A stretch of 64,000 bases of DNA from Tortispora ganteri (lineage: Eukaryota), in assembly GCA_003707115.1 (NCBI GenBank), contig PPNB01000001.1, forward strand, positions 62,001-126,000, written 5' to 3'. The notes under the pieces were generated by a model, which was given only the letters and a program-made list of their open reading frames with translations, did no database searches and was not told where the DNA came from. The translations under genes and the position numbers were made by a program. Of the stretch, positions 44,721 through 55,527 are shown piece by piece (the stretch's first letter is position 1; every line of letters starts with the position of its first letter).

Positions 44721-46658
44721 ATGAGAAATAGAGTTCACAAAAGTGAAAAAATAACCCCCCCAGGTATAAATCGCAAAATTTCTACCGCTACAAGATTATT
44801 AGGTGCTATAAGTATGGAAGAACCAGCGCCTAAGAGGGTTAAATTAGAGAATAAAGTGGGAATTTCTGAATCTGATGTTGGTATAACTGAATTTGTGAGC
44901 GCAGACGCTCCTGGGTTTGACGGTGTTCTTAAGCAGAGATACACTGATTTTCTTGTCAATGAGATAGATCGAACCGGTAACGTGATACATTTGCTGGATC
45001 TGGGTCCAGACGTGCCTAAATCTGAAAAACATGATGAAAGAAAGATAGAAGGCAATAATGAAGTTAAAACTGCATTTGAAGTCGATCAGAGCAACAAAGA
45101 TATGCTGATTGAACTTGTTGGCGCTGAATTCTACGAGGAGATTGAATCGGTCTGGAAAAAAGGCGGTGAAGTCGTTTCGCCAGGATCCTTTGAGGAGAAA
45201 GAACAAAGAACGCAGGTTCATGTTTTAATTCGAAACACATTTGAGTCAAGACTTGATTCAAAGACGCTGGACGATAACAAGATCAAAGTGTTCAGGTCCG
45301 GCGGTGAAAGTCGCAGAAACAGGAACCAGAAGCGACCTGTTTCTCAAGCAGCCAAGGATTTAGCGAAAATTGTTAAAGAGAAATATGGAGAAGTGCATGA
45401 CTATGTACATATGGTGGTTTACAAAGAAAACAAAGAGACGATGAATGTCGCCAGTCTACTAGGACGATTTTTACGTATGAGCCACTCTCAAATATCTTAT
45501 GCGGGCACTAAGGATCGCAGAGGCGTAACTGTGCAAAAATTCTCTCTTCACAAAGCCAAAATAGACAGATTGGTTCATTTGAATGCCGCTTTAAAAGGCA
45601 TTTCACTTGGAAATTTCAGCTATGAAGATTCAGAAGTAAGTCTTGGAGACCTCCAAGGTAACGAATTCGTTATTACTATCAGGCGTCTTCGTCCTGAGCA
45701 GATTCAAGACCTAGAGAATGGACTAAATAACTTAAAAGACAAAGGGTTTGTAAATTATTTTGGAATGCAGAGATTTGGAACCTTCAGCATCTCTACACAT
45801 GAAATCGGAAAACGCATTTTGAATGGAAATTATAAAGAAGCAGTTGACTTGATTTTATCCGCTGAAGAATTCGTGCATACGCCCACAAAGGAGTCAGAAG
45901 ATGCCAAACAGGCTAGACGTATATGGAAGGAAGAACACAATGCGGAATCTGCATTGAAATTCATGCCTAAACAGCGATCTGCTGAATGCGCAGTTTTGAC
46001 CGTGCTTTCCAAGGCTTCCAATGATTACTTCAATGCTATTATGGCAATCCCTAAGAACTTACGTGTGATGTATGTGCATGCATACCAGTCATACGTCTGG
46101 AATTGTGTTGCAAGCGCAAGAGTGCGTCGAGGCTTGCAGGTGTTGCCTGGAGACATGGTTCTTGATCACCGTAACGACAATGACGGCCTGCGTCAGCCTG
46201 TGAAGACGTTGACGCAAAGTGACATTGAATTGAAAGCATACAGTATTTATGATATTGTTTTGCCGACACCAGGCCACGATGTGGAATATCCTGCAGACCT
46301 TACGGTATACACTGAAGTCATGAATCGTGATAACATGAGCCCTGTTTCTATGGAGCGCAATGTCAGAGAATTCTCGCTAGCTGGTATGCAGCGTCATGTG
46401 TTTAGTAAAGCTCCTCGCCTTGATTTCAAAATATTCAAGCACAAGAACGTAAATGATCAGCTTGTGTACACTGACCTGGAAAAACTACGTTCGCATACCG
46501 CAGCAACCTACAGAGACATTGAAGAAGGCCCCAACTTTTCCGTAGTAGTTAACTTTCAATTGGATTCAGCACAGTACGCAACAATGGCTTTGAGAGAAGC
46601 AATGAAGCGTGATACTGGACGTCAAAGCGTGATGATGGCTGTGGCAGTTGATTCTTAG
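44721..46658 (+). CDS. PUS7: TruD-family pseudouridine synthase (second ATG at 44814)
   Basis: KQRYTDFLVNEI, YAGTKDRRGVT, GFVNYFGMQRFG, YATMALRE. Confidence 0.93.
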   Translation: MRNRVHKSEKITPPGINRKISTATRLLGAISMEEPAPKRVKLENKVGISESDVGITEFVSADAPGFDGVLKQRYTDFLVNEIDRTGNVIHLLDLGPDVPKSEKHDERKIEGNNEVKTAFEVDQSNKDMLIELVGAEFYEEIESVWKKGGEVVSPGSFEEKEQRTQVHVLIRNTFESRLDSKTLDDNKIKVFRSGGESRRNRNQKRPVSQAAKDLAKIVKEKYGEVHDYVHMVVYKENKETMNVASLLGRFLRMSHSQISYAGTKDRRGVTVQKFSLHKAKIDRLVHLNAALKGISLGNFSYEDSEVSLGDLQGNEFVITIRRLRPEQIQDLENGLNNLKDKGFVNYFGMQRFGTFSISTHEIGKRILNGNYKEAVDLILSAEEFVHTPTKESEDAKQARRIWKEEHNAESALKFMPKQRSAECAVLTVLSKASNDYFNAIMAIPKNLRVMYVHAYQSYVWNCVASARVRRGLQVLPGDMVLDHRNDNDGLRQPVKTLTQSDIELKAYSIYDIVLPTPGHDVEYPADLTVYTEVMNRDNMSPVSMERNVREFSLAGMQRHVFSKAPRLDFKIFKHKNVNDQLVYTDLEKLRSHTAATYRDIEEGPNFSVVVNFQLDSAQYATMALREAMKRDTGRQSVMMAVAVDS

Positions 46659-46896
46659 CTTCATTATCTCAACTAAGAAGCTAAACCTCCTACTGGGAAG
46701 AAAAGTTGTTATCACCATTTACACCCACTCCCCTCCTACATCTCCCTTTCCCGCCTTTTTTTACTAGACATAAACAGGCCGAATATTTTATTCTTTAAAA
46801 GGCTTACTCATAGCTATTTTTAGTACTCAATTTACTGACAGAAATTGTCGATAATTGTAACGTTACACGCCACTACATCCAATCTGTCTATAAGCA

Positions 46897-48021
46897 ATGT
46901 CAAACGCTCCTTCACCAGGTAACCACAGTAAACGGGCATCTTCGCCTAATGGCTTTAGTTCTGGAGGTTCAAAACGAGCAAGAACTTCGTCAAATGTTAA
47001 TGCAGAAATAAAACCCTCAGGATTAATGCGTCCTCCCGCTATAACACCGGGCGACGCAACCCCTACAAGTGGTGCAATTACACCTAGCACAAATGCCGAC
47101 TCTGGCTCTAACCGACAACAGCAACTCGACCCCGAAAACTTATCGGATGCTTTGCTATCGGCTGGTGTCGATTTGAGGGAAGAGGAAGCGCTGCTGTCGC
47201 AGTCTGTCTTAGAAGAAATTCCTGTTACTACCTCATACGAACAGCCGTCTGCTGCCACAACGCCTTCCGTCGCCTCCCCCCAACTAGTCGCTCCTTATAC
47301 CCCGTTTTTGAACTACCCTCGTTTGTTTCTAAATATGTCCAAAATTGCTACTGAGTTTGGCGTTCAGCAAATCTCAAATTCACCGCAAATATCATCCAAC
47401 ATGATGAGCTCTCATGCACTTGCATCATACATGCACTCATTGGCTACCCGCAGTTCAGAGAATGACATAATAGATCTCGTTAGTCTAGCATGCGAGGAGT
47501 GGATCACACATCTCGTAACATCTGCAGCTGTAGTGGCACGGCACAGAAAAAACTCTGACCGTCGTTACCTCACTTCCGGAAATATGTACAGTAAAGGCCC
47601 TTCAGATCTTGCCCGCACTATTCGGCAGATCGCGATAAAGGACAAAGAAGCAGAAGAAAAGTGGCAGGTAAGGAGAAATGCTCTTAAGCAGAAAGAGTCA
47701 GCTGGTAAAGATGGCGCAGATGCGGTGATCGCCGATAACGATACAAATGCGGAAGAAGCGATTCAGCGAGCCACTAATGAAACTGTAGCTCTTATGACTG
47801 GCTCATCTAAAGGCAAGAAGTATTCTTGGATGACAGGGTCAACCGGAACTTCAACACCGTTAGGGCGAAAGGGATCAGTAACTTCTTCTGATCCGGGAAT
47901 ACGTATTCGAGAGGCTAGAGAGGAAAACAGTGTTATGATGCGCGATCTTGTGGTTGTTTTGGAAAGGGAACCTACAGCAGAGAAGGTACTGGCCCGAGCG
48001 CATGCGCTTTTACGAAATTGA
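46897..48021 (+). CDS. TAF4: TFIID subunit Taf4
   Basis: LSDALLSAGVDLREEEALL, RATNETVALM, KKYSWM, MRDLVVVLE. Confidence 0.88.
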   Translation: MSNAPSPGNHSKRASSPNGFSSGGSKRARTSSNVNAEIKPSGLMRPPAITPGDATPTSGAITPSTNADSGSNRQQQLDPENLSDALLSAGVDLREEEALLSQSVLEEIPVTTSYEQPSAATTPSVASPQLVAPYTPFLNYPRLFLNMSKIATEFGVQQISNSPQISSNMMSSHALASYMHSLATRSSENDIIDLVSLACEEWITHLVTSAAVVARHRKNSDRRYLTSGNMYSKGPSDLARTIRQIAIKDKEAEEKWQVRRNALKQKESAGKDGADAVIADNDTNAEEAIQRATNETVALMTGSSKGKKYSWMTGSTGTSTPLGRKGSVTSSDPGIRIREAREENSVMMRDLVVVLEREPTAEKVLARAHALLRN

Positions 48022-48228
48022 TCTTTTAAAACTTCTAATGGATTAATGCGAGTATGTACAATTAAGAATTGAAGCTCTTTTATGGTATATTGTGGTTTGA
48101 ATTTCATGATGTAATCTAATGATAACACGGAAAACCAAGAGAGTATGATCTGGAACAGATTTACAGGCAAGTAATGGATAGGCTAAAAAATGCCATGTCA
48201 CTATACAAGGGAATGACAAGATTTGAGC

Positions 48229-48963
48229 TCAAGACGACTTGAGTTGTCGTTTTAAGCGGTTCTCATAATCAGCATTCGCTAAAGTCAAGGCTGCACGCAC
48301 AAGCTGTACAACATTTATCACTTGCTTAAGAAGCCAGAGTGGAAATGTCAAGATGATTATAGCAGTTTTGTAGGAAAGTGGAATACCATACCAGTAACCT
48401 AAGTTCGGAGGGGTGGGTAAAGGGAAAGCAGCCATATATAAACCGACAAAGAATAGCTCGTTAGCCGCACAAACAGTGAAAAGGACAGTGGTGTTAGTAT
48501 AATATAAATTTAATATCCGTGATTGCTTTCGGTCAACTTTCTTGTGAGAGCTAGCACCTCTGTGAGTCATTGCGACCATGTGCATGTAGTGGCTAGCCAG
48601 ATCGAGACTCACCAAGAGTTGAAAAAATATAGTATACTGGCTGTACACAGTACAGAGGAAACAGATGAGACTGGAAGTGGTACATCTATCGGTTACCATA
48701 TCTAGCACAGCACCAAATTGCGTTGACTGATCAAACTTTCTCGCGGCCGCTCCGTCTAATGCGTCAAGTAGACACGAGAGGCCATACAGAACGATGCATA
48801 CCTTCGGATGTTTAGCCATCTTCCACAAAGCACCACCCGCAAGGATTACCCTACAATAGCCGATTATATTCGGAATAAACAAGAAAATCGATAAAACGCC
48901 ATTAGCTTCTAATTGTCTCGCTTCTTTTTGTTTAGATGCACTCCTGGTAACCCGAGACGACAT
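48229..48963 (-). CDS. PIS1: Phosphatidylinositol synthase
   Basis: FIPNIIGYCR, LDALDGAAAR..FGAVLDMVTDR CDP-alcohol motif. Confidence 0.95.
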   Translation of the reverse strand: MSSRVTRSASKQKEARQLEANGVLSIFLFIPNIIGYCRVILAGGALWKMAKHPKVCIVLYGLSCLLDALDGAAARKFDQSTQFGAVLDMVTDRCTTSSLICFLCTVYSQYTIFFQLLVSLDLASHYMHMVAMTHRGASSHKKVDRKQSRILNLYYTNTTVLFTVCAANELFFVGLYMAAFPLPTPPNLGYWYGIPLSYKTAIIILTFPLWLLKQVINVVQLVRAALTLANADYENRLKRQLKSS

Positions 48964-49383
48964 TATGAAGGGCAAACAAACAAGGGGATACAGGAGATCA
49001 AAATGTGAGAGTAAAAGGTGGGTATTCGCCAGTAAAACACAGAACCAAAAAAATTAATTAATATCCAATGATATATCAGTTTTTTAACACTTTGATGCGC
49101 CCTTTAGTACACGTAATTATTGTTTAGGAAATAGGTTGAATCGATTTCCAAGTTTGGTGATATGCCATTTGATATTCCAGTTCCGATTACACTTGGGAGA
49201 TAATAAACTAAATCTTAAGAATAATATTAACATGTACCGTAAAACAAGAAAGTAACAATGAGACCAAAATATAAGGAAAACACCGTTCCTAGATTAATTC
49301 AATCATTATCCATTTTGAAGATAAGAAAATATGACAACTAAGATACAAATTCAAAGTCACCACGTTGTTCGCATGTCATGAGT

Positions 49384-51324
49384 TTACATTCCTCCTCCAA
49401 TAGAACTAGACCCTTCATCGCTAATCATAACTCTTAGCCACGGATGCAATAACGCATCTACAACCGAGATTCTTTTCCATGGATCAAATTGAAAGATTTT
49501 ATGCAGTAGGTCTAAAAGTAAATCACGGCGAGGAATATCCAGAGGAAGAATGTCGTCCAGCTTTTTAATAGACTTAACGTAGCGCTTTGATTGTTTCGAA
49601 GTATCGGGACCTGGGTAAGCCAGCTTACCTTCAGGTGTAAAAAATCGGCCTCCGATCTGCTTTGGCGCCATTTTAACCATAGAAGCATCAACTGGTTCAT
49701 TCAGTATAGCTTCCATAATCGCCAAGTGTTCAAGATTGTCATGTGTTTGGAATAAAGCTTCTCCGGTGAAGAGCTCAACAATAATGCATCCTAGAGACCA
49801 GGTATCGCATGGGAATGACCAACCAGTGCCTAAAATTATTTCTGGGGCTCTATAATGCCGTGTTGAGACAACACTCGAATGATGCTCATCATAAAATGCA
49901 GCAGATCCAAAATCGATCAGATGTATAGATGTATCTCGAAGTATGAATCGCGAATCTGGTAGCTTCCTGCTTGATCCTAGTGATGAAGCCGACGGAAGTG
50001 ATACTGGTCGGTAGGCTTGCACATCATAGGAACTATCAACCAATAGAATGTTTTCTGGTTTGAGGTCAGTATGTATTAAACCGATATCATGAAGAAAAGC
50101 AACAGACCTAAACAGTTGACGAATAAACCTTTGAATATGACTTGTAGGAAACGGGGCAAACATATTGCGTTTCATAAAATCATAGATAGAAATTGATAAC
50201 AAATCAGTAACTATGCAAATATGATTAAGATAATCAAAACAATCACGCAAATGAATACAGCGATTGACGTTATCTTTATCATACGAGCGTAATGTCACCA
50301 AGGCACGCAATTCTATGCGACTTGCATCACGATATTTAGGAATGGCACGAATCACTTTAATCGCATATCGCTTACCAGTGGTCATGTCACGAGCGCACAA
50401 AACTTTGCCAAATGTTCCTTGACCTAGTTGCCGAATGATCTTGTACCGAGACCCAATAGTAGCACCAGGTACTACAACATAATGACCATCTTTGTCGTCG
50501 TTTATTTTAGCTCTAGATGAAACGCTTTCCACATATACGTCGCGCGCACGATTGATACGAAGTCCAGCAGGCATAGGTTTGTAGAGCCAAGAGAATGTAT
50601 CGTGGCTGTATTCATGCGGGGTAGGCAAAATATGTGAAGATTTCACTATAGCCTTCGGCGTAGATTTGAGTTTCTTTGAGCGAATAGCTGGATTGTGACA
50701 TGGGGATACTGAATTAGGTGCACCACTAAATGTAGAAGACTTCATGTTTTCATCATCTGAGTCATCAATGACGATTACTTCAGGATTCAGATCCGCAATG
50801 CCACGCTTTCTGTGGTCCCCATTAGATATAATTGTATCAGAAGAGTCTTCAGTCGAAGATGTAGAAGACATAGAGTGAAAACTAGCAGGCGGTATCTGAG
50901 AAGAATGCACGTGCATCATGTTTTGATAGTTCGTTTGTTGGAAAGAAGACCGCGCGACGGATGAATATGTGTTTTTGCTTTGAGTAGCGGCCAAAGCATA
51001 TGTTTGACTGGAGTCATAATGTTGAGCGCTTTTAGCAGCTGCAATCCTATGTGATCGGCGTATTGGAGGTTGGGTATGTGTTTGCTGCAGCGGTTGTAAT
51101 TGCGGCACAGACAGTGACTGAGATTGAGCCTGAGGCTTATCCTGCAAATGCGCGATCTTAGATTGCTCCGGGCCATTACCATCTGGGGTTACGAGGTGCG
51201 GGGGCAGCTCCTCCCAGGCCCAATATCCATAAGGCGAGTGAGATATATTCTCACGATAGAGCTCTGAATCGGGCAAGCCGTAAGCAGCCAAGGCAGCCGT
51301 TAAGGCTGAGACGGCAGTAGACAT
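49384..51324 (-). CDS. KNS1: LAMMER dual-specificity kinase (Kns1/Lkh1)
   Basis: DDKDGHY, LGQGTFGKV, HTDLKPEN, VSTRHYRAPE, EHLAIME. Confidence 0.92.
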   Translation of the reverse strand: MSTAVSALTAALAAYGLPDSELYRENISHSPYGYWAWEELPPHLVTPDGNGPEQSKIAHLQDKPQAQSQSLSVPQLQPLQQTHTQPPIRRSHRIAAAKSAQHYDSSQTYALAATQSKNTYSSVARSSFQQTNYQNMMHVHSSQIPPASFHSMSSTSSTEDSSDTIISNGDHRKRGIADLNPEVIVIDDSDDENMKSSTFSGAPNSVSPCHNPAIRSKKLKSTPKAIVKSSHILPTPHEYSHDTFSWLYKPMPAGLRINRARDVYVESVSSRAKINDDKDGHYVVVPGATIGSRYKIIRQLGQGTFGKVLCARDMTTGKRYAIKVIRAIPKYRDASRIELRALVTLRSYDKDNVNRCIHLRDCFDYLNHICIVTDLLSISIYDFMKRNMFAPFPTSHIQRFIRQLFRSVAFLHDIGLIHTDLKPENILLVDSSYDVQAYRPVSLPSASSLGSSRKLPDSRFILRDTSIHLIDFGSAAFYDEHHSSVVSTRHYRAPEIILGTGWSFPCDTWSLGCIIVELFTGEALFQTHDNLEHLAIMEAILNEPVDASMVKMAPKQIGGRFFTPEGKLAYPGPDTSKQSKRYVKSIKKLDDILPLDIPRRDLLLDLLHKIFQFDPWKRISVVDALLHPWLRVMISDEGSSSIGGGM

Positions 51325-52495
51325 CCTTGGTTTAGATTGATGTAATTGATATAGGTTAGGGTTTCAGTGATCGATAAGTGGAGGAGAAATGGCTCTGCAG
51401 TCGGACAAACAGAGCGCGAAGGGAGGCCAATACGATCAGATCTGCAAAATTATAGGAGGAGAATTGTGAGGAGTACGCTTTTCAATCTAAGATAAATAAA
51501 GCCAGAGTTAAGCGTAAAGTGTGGATGTAGAAGAAGCGGAAGGAAACAGATGGTGAGGGGAACGGTGTCCAGTATAGGAACAGGAACCGGGAGGGGTTGT
51601 AAGAAAGAGCTCAGGTTTTGGTTGAGTGAAAATAGGCCAAAAGGTGGGCTTTCGGAAGATGTTTTGCTATCGTTTACAATTAAAATATGTGAAAGGAATA
51701 TGAGCAATCTTATGCAAAGTAGGAAGAGTGTAACGGAAAGGAAAAAGGAGGGAGGGGGAGAGAATCGTGACGTTAAGAGGCGTTGCGTTGGTGGGTAGGC
51801 CAATGAAGTAATAAGCTGGTTTAGGTGTGAAAGTCCCAAAAACCCTTAACTATCCAGTGCTAGACCTGCTCTTATTTGCTACTTTAATATAACTAACTCA
51901 TCAGTCACGGATATCTCGAGACCGGGTAAAATTAATAAGTTAAAGCATTTTAGTGGGAAAATAAAAAAACGTGATACAGAGTCGGAAAGCGTGCGCCTGA
52001 ATTCGAGGCTATCCGGATTCAGCAGATACATGCGCGTGAGTTGAAAATAAGGTTTTAATATATTTGTCTCCGAAAAACGTGCATGCGTCGTAAAGTAGTT
52101 TCTTTGAAGGTAATCATATATTTTTATTTTCCTATGATACACATTTAAAAAGCAAGCGTAATTCATATTACGCCGAATTATTTAAATATGCAGTCATGTT
52201 GATGTAACGGTAGAGGGTTATGCTTTATCGCAGTTCCGATTCTCCACCACTATTGGGAGACTAAGGCCGGGCCACTAGAGCGAAGTACTAGGAGTGAAAG
52301 GGATATCATGCAGATTGCATCACACGCTGTTGTTCCGTTCTCTATACGTCTATGACTGCGGTATATAGATTTTTTATTTAGAAATGGAGTATCGATTACC
52401 GAAATGCAGACAAAGCGGTGATGAAAGAGATGCTTCGCAATAGAAGACAGGCGAAGTTCGCGTAGTAACAGACTTGATCGTAGACCCGTCCTGAA

Positions 52496-53017
52496 CTAGA
52501 CATCAAAATCATTAGATCCTCCTTTTTTGCTGGTGACCTGAATATTAGAAATAATCATATGCCTATCTTGAGCTTTGCACATGTCATAAACAGTGGCGGC
52601 AGCACCAAGAACTCCACATATTGCTTCCATTTCGACTCCTGTTCGAGCTTCTGTTTGCACTTGACAGTCTATATTCACTCTGTTCACCTCCGGGCTCATT
52701 TTTAGATTCATTTCGACACCTGAAAGCTCTACCTGATGGCACAACGGAATAGTTGTAGCTGTTCGCTTGGCTGCCATAATCCCTGCGATTTTTGCTGTAT
52801 GAAATACACTACCTTTCTTCTTTTCGGCATTGTTAATGATGTCCTCCATGCCCTCTTTTGAAAACTGGACGTATCCAATTGCTTTAGCGATCCTCCTCGT
52901 TACTGCCTTATCACCGACGTTCACCATATTGGGCGCTCCATCCTTACCGATGTGTGTGAGCAATGCTCGATGCAGATGCACTAGATTGTGTCGCATGTTG
53001 GGATTACGTAAGTGCAT
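52496..53017 (-). CDS. cPMP synthase MoaC/MOCS1B
   Basis: LTH..MVNVGDK, KKG, AGIMAAKRT, IPLCH, TGVEMEA, YDMCKA, KKGG. Confidence 0.93.
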   Translation of the reverse strand: MHLRNPNMRHNLVHLHRALLTHIGKDGAPNMVNVGDKAVTRRIAKAIGYVQFSKEGMEDIINNAEKKKGSVFHTAKIAGIMAAKRTATTIPLCHQVELSGVEMNLKMSPEVNRVNIDCQVQTEARTGVEMEAICGVLGAAATVYDMCKAQDRHMIISNIQVTSKKGGSNDFDV

Positions 53018-53066
53018 GGTTAATTTCCTGCTCGTATATACATTTCAAAATACATGTATCCAACCC

Positions 53067-54257
53067 TTAGCCTCCAATTAATATCATCGGCCTATTTTTA
53101 GTCGCCTGAAGTTCATCTAGTCCTGCGTGTGACGCCTTCTTGCCACGAACCGCCGCTCCAATTACTCTGCGCAGCGTATCAGGGGAAGCACCCCCTCGCA
53201 GCTGATCCCTGAGCGAGATCTCGTTAGGTCCAAAAAGACAAACTTTCAGATTGCCATCTGCGGTAATTCTCAGTCTTGTGCATGATCCACAAAAGGACTT
53301 CGTCATCGACGTGATAAATCCAATTCTACCTTGATGTCCTGGAATTTGCCATGTGCGCGCGGTTTCACCAATCGGAATGCGTTCTGCCTCATTGGGCTTG
53401 TGTTGGTGGTTTAACGGCCTTATGTCCGGGTACTTGGTCATCAAAGTCTCAAGCATCTCGACGTATGTAAACATCTTCTTTTCCGACCATTTATTCCCAT
53501 CAAATGGCATATATTCTATAAACCTGACCTCAATAGGGGCGTCTTTCGTGAAATCAATAAAATCTATCATCTCGTCTTCGTTCTGTCCCGCCATAACAAC
53601 ATTATTGATCTTCAATGATTTAATGTTATATGCTAAAGCAGTGTCAATACTTCGTAAAACCGCTTTTAGTCCATTTCTTCTAGTCAATATCATAAATTTC
53701 CCTTCCTGAAGAGTATCTAGACTAATATTTAGCCCCGTCAACCCTGCCGCGATCATGCTCGGCAGCTTTCTATGTAAAGCTATGCCGTTCGAGGTCATAC
53801 ACAACTCCTGTAGTCCAGGGATTGCCCCCAGCTCTTCAACAAGCTCAACAACATCTTTTCTCACTGTCGGTTCGCCGCCTGTTAAACGAATCTTTCTGAC
53901 ACCTTCGGCCACAAACAGCTTCGCCAAAGTCACAATCTCATTCTTGGACAGAAGTCGCTCGCTAGGCGTCAGATCAATTCCTTCTTCTGGCATACAGTAC
54001 AAGCACCGCAAATTGCATCTTTCAGATATCGATATACGTAGATAGTCGTGCTGGCGTCCAAATGAATCAGTAAGAAACTCGCTAAACGGCTTCGCATTCT
54101 GGATCCGCAGTCGGCGGGTTGCCAAACTCTTGAGTACCTTATCCTTCTCTAAGGGCTCTACCGCCGGCTGTGCGATACCACGTCTCCAATCAAATCGCCG
54201 TCGAGTAGACCTAAAAGTCCATTTTTGACTAGAACTTTTCACACGATGCACATACAT
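53067..54257 (-). CDS. GTP 3',8-cyclase MoaA/MOCS1A (radical SAM)
   Basis: CNLRCLYC, RLTGGEP, FIEYMP, FCGSCTRLR..KVCL, terminal MILIGG. Confidence 0.95.
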   Translation of the reverse strand: MYVHRVKSSSQKWTFRSTRRRFDWRRGIAQPAVEPLEKDKVLKSLATRRLRIQNAKPFSEFLTDSFGRQHDYLRISISERCNLRCLYCMPEEGIDLTPSERLLSKNEIVTLAKLFVAEGVRKIRLTGGEPTVRKDVVELVEELGAIPGLQELCMTSNGIALHRKLPSMIAAGLTGLNISLDTLQEGKFMILTRRNGLKAVLRSIDTALAYNIKSLKINNVVMAGQNEDEMIDFIDFTKDAPIEVRFIEYMPFDGNKWSEKKMFTYVEMLETLMTKYPDIRPLNHQHKPNEAERIPIGETARTWQIPGHQGRIGFITSMTKSFCGSCTRLRITADGNLKVCLFGPNEISLRDQLRGGASPDTLRRVIGAAVRGKKASHAGLDELQATKNRPMILIGG

Positions 54258-54313
54258 AGCAAGCCCAACAACCAGAGTCAGGCAGTTATATGATTTTAAG
54301 AGTGGCTAACTCA

Positions 54314-54438
54314 CTGCAACGGGCAATCTCAAAGATAAGCTTCGGAGTTGCAACCGCCTCGGCGTAGCAACCACCGTAATACTAAAGCTCCATTCTGCAT
54401 TGCAACCGCCCTACATTTATAAAATGAAGTCTCGGCGT
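54314..54438. promoter_or_regulatory. Repeated motif cluster upstream of moaA
   Basis: TTGCAACCGCC x2 (54348, 54400), TAGCAACCACC (54365), CTGCAACGGGC (54314), CTCGGCGT x2 (54358, 54431), GATAAG (54334). Confidence 0.5.
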
Positions 54439-54633
54439 TGATATATATATATATATTACGCTAGAACAATTTGACTACTGAACCTAGAACATCCGTAACG
54501 CAGCAATGGATGCAAGACTAAATGGGGGTTTTCAAAAGGTATGTGACGCGAGCGATGAGCGTGGAATGCCACAATCAAGATCCGCAAAGAGTTATATCAC
54601 TGTTCATGATATTCTAGCGCATATACGGCAGGC

Positions 54634-55330
54634 ATGGCATACCCAGCGTTCGATGCGATTATTGCCGAATAGATGGAGAGAAGCGGTCTGAGCGATAGCA
54701 TAAACACAAACGATCAAGACGAGTGTTTTTGGTTTCTGTGGGTGAGACATCCTGGCGGGAAGTGCCAGTACAGTCCTGGTCTTGATATCACTGTCATGGT
54801 GGTGGTACATTTGACAGCTATTTCATAATTGACCTTCTTGTGCACGCATTTCTTCGATCCATTAGACATGGAAAATACCACGTTTGATATCAAGCCAGAA
54901 AAGCAAAAGTAGATGGCAGGGTTCTGTTGCATGAGCTGAAAACTGGACAATACGAAAGGATTGCCAACCCAGTGCCGTATGAACCGCACAGATGGCGGCA
55001 GCAAGCGCCTATATGTCCGGCACTGCTGCAGATTTATTATAAATCTGCGTATTGATTAAACAAAGTGGTAACATATTCCCGTGCGGCTGTGCACGAGATC
55101 AGACGTTGAATTAGCATGTCAAGATCAGCTATCTGTCTAGGTATCGCAGACATCTCTCGCTATAGCCATCTAAACCCTTGGGAAGAAACAGGATGGGCAT
55201 ACTCGTTTCATTACATTAAAGAAGTTGTCCTGCACTCTGTTTCAAGAGGCTCAATATGATGGGCAGGCTCATTTAATGTATCGCACTGGGCAGATCCAGT
55301 AAAAGGTGTAGCTGGGTGCTTAACGTGTCA
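54634..55330 (+). pseudogene. Possible decayed HSL-family (HGGG) lipase/esterase pseudogene
   Basis: HGGG at 54795-54806 preceded by frameshifted P-V-L-I-Y-C; broken protein-like frames with stops; AIAI/NPW resembling the ISPW motif. Confidence 0.3.
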
Positions 55331-55527
55331 GATGTTGCCCTACGACTTCATGCCATTGTAGAGTGCTATAACGCTATGAGAAGAATTACATACGACTAAA
55401 TCAGTAGCCGACAGGTGAATAGCAAATTGCTATGTCGCAACTATTCATTGCCCTATAAGAGTCTCGGTACAAGCTATGATATATTTAATATATCCCAAGG
55501 ACGTGCAAGAGCTAAAAGGAACTTTAT

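Noticed and set aside
49709..49735. LAMMER motif variant EHLAIMEAI
   Set aside because: Within normal fungal variation of the motif
51450..52166. ORFs 51450-51839, 51550-51798 and 51879-52166
   Set aside because: No motifs; products of a purine/pyrimidine-skewed KNS1 leader and promoter region
53018..53069. Stop-codon read-through fusing MoaA to MoaC
   Set aside because: Spacer is 49 nt (out of frame) and contains or leads to further stops
54441..54456. (AT)n tracts here and near 23650 and 40960
   Set aside because: Short microsatellite, TATA-like or 3'-end signals; unremarkable
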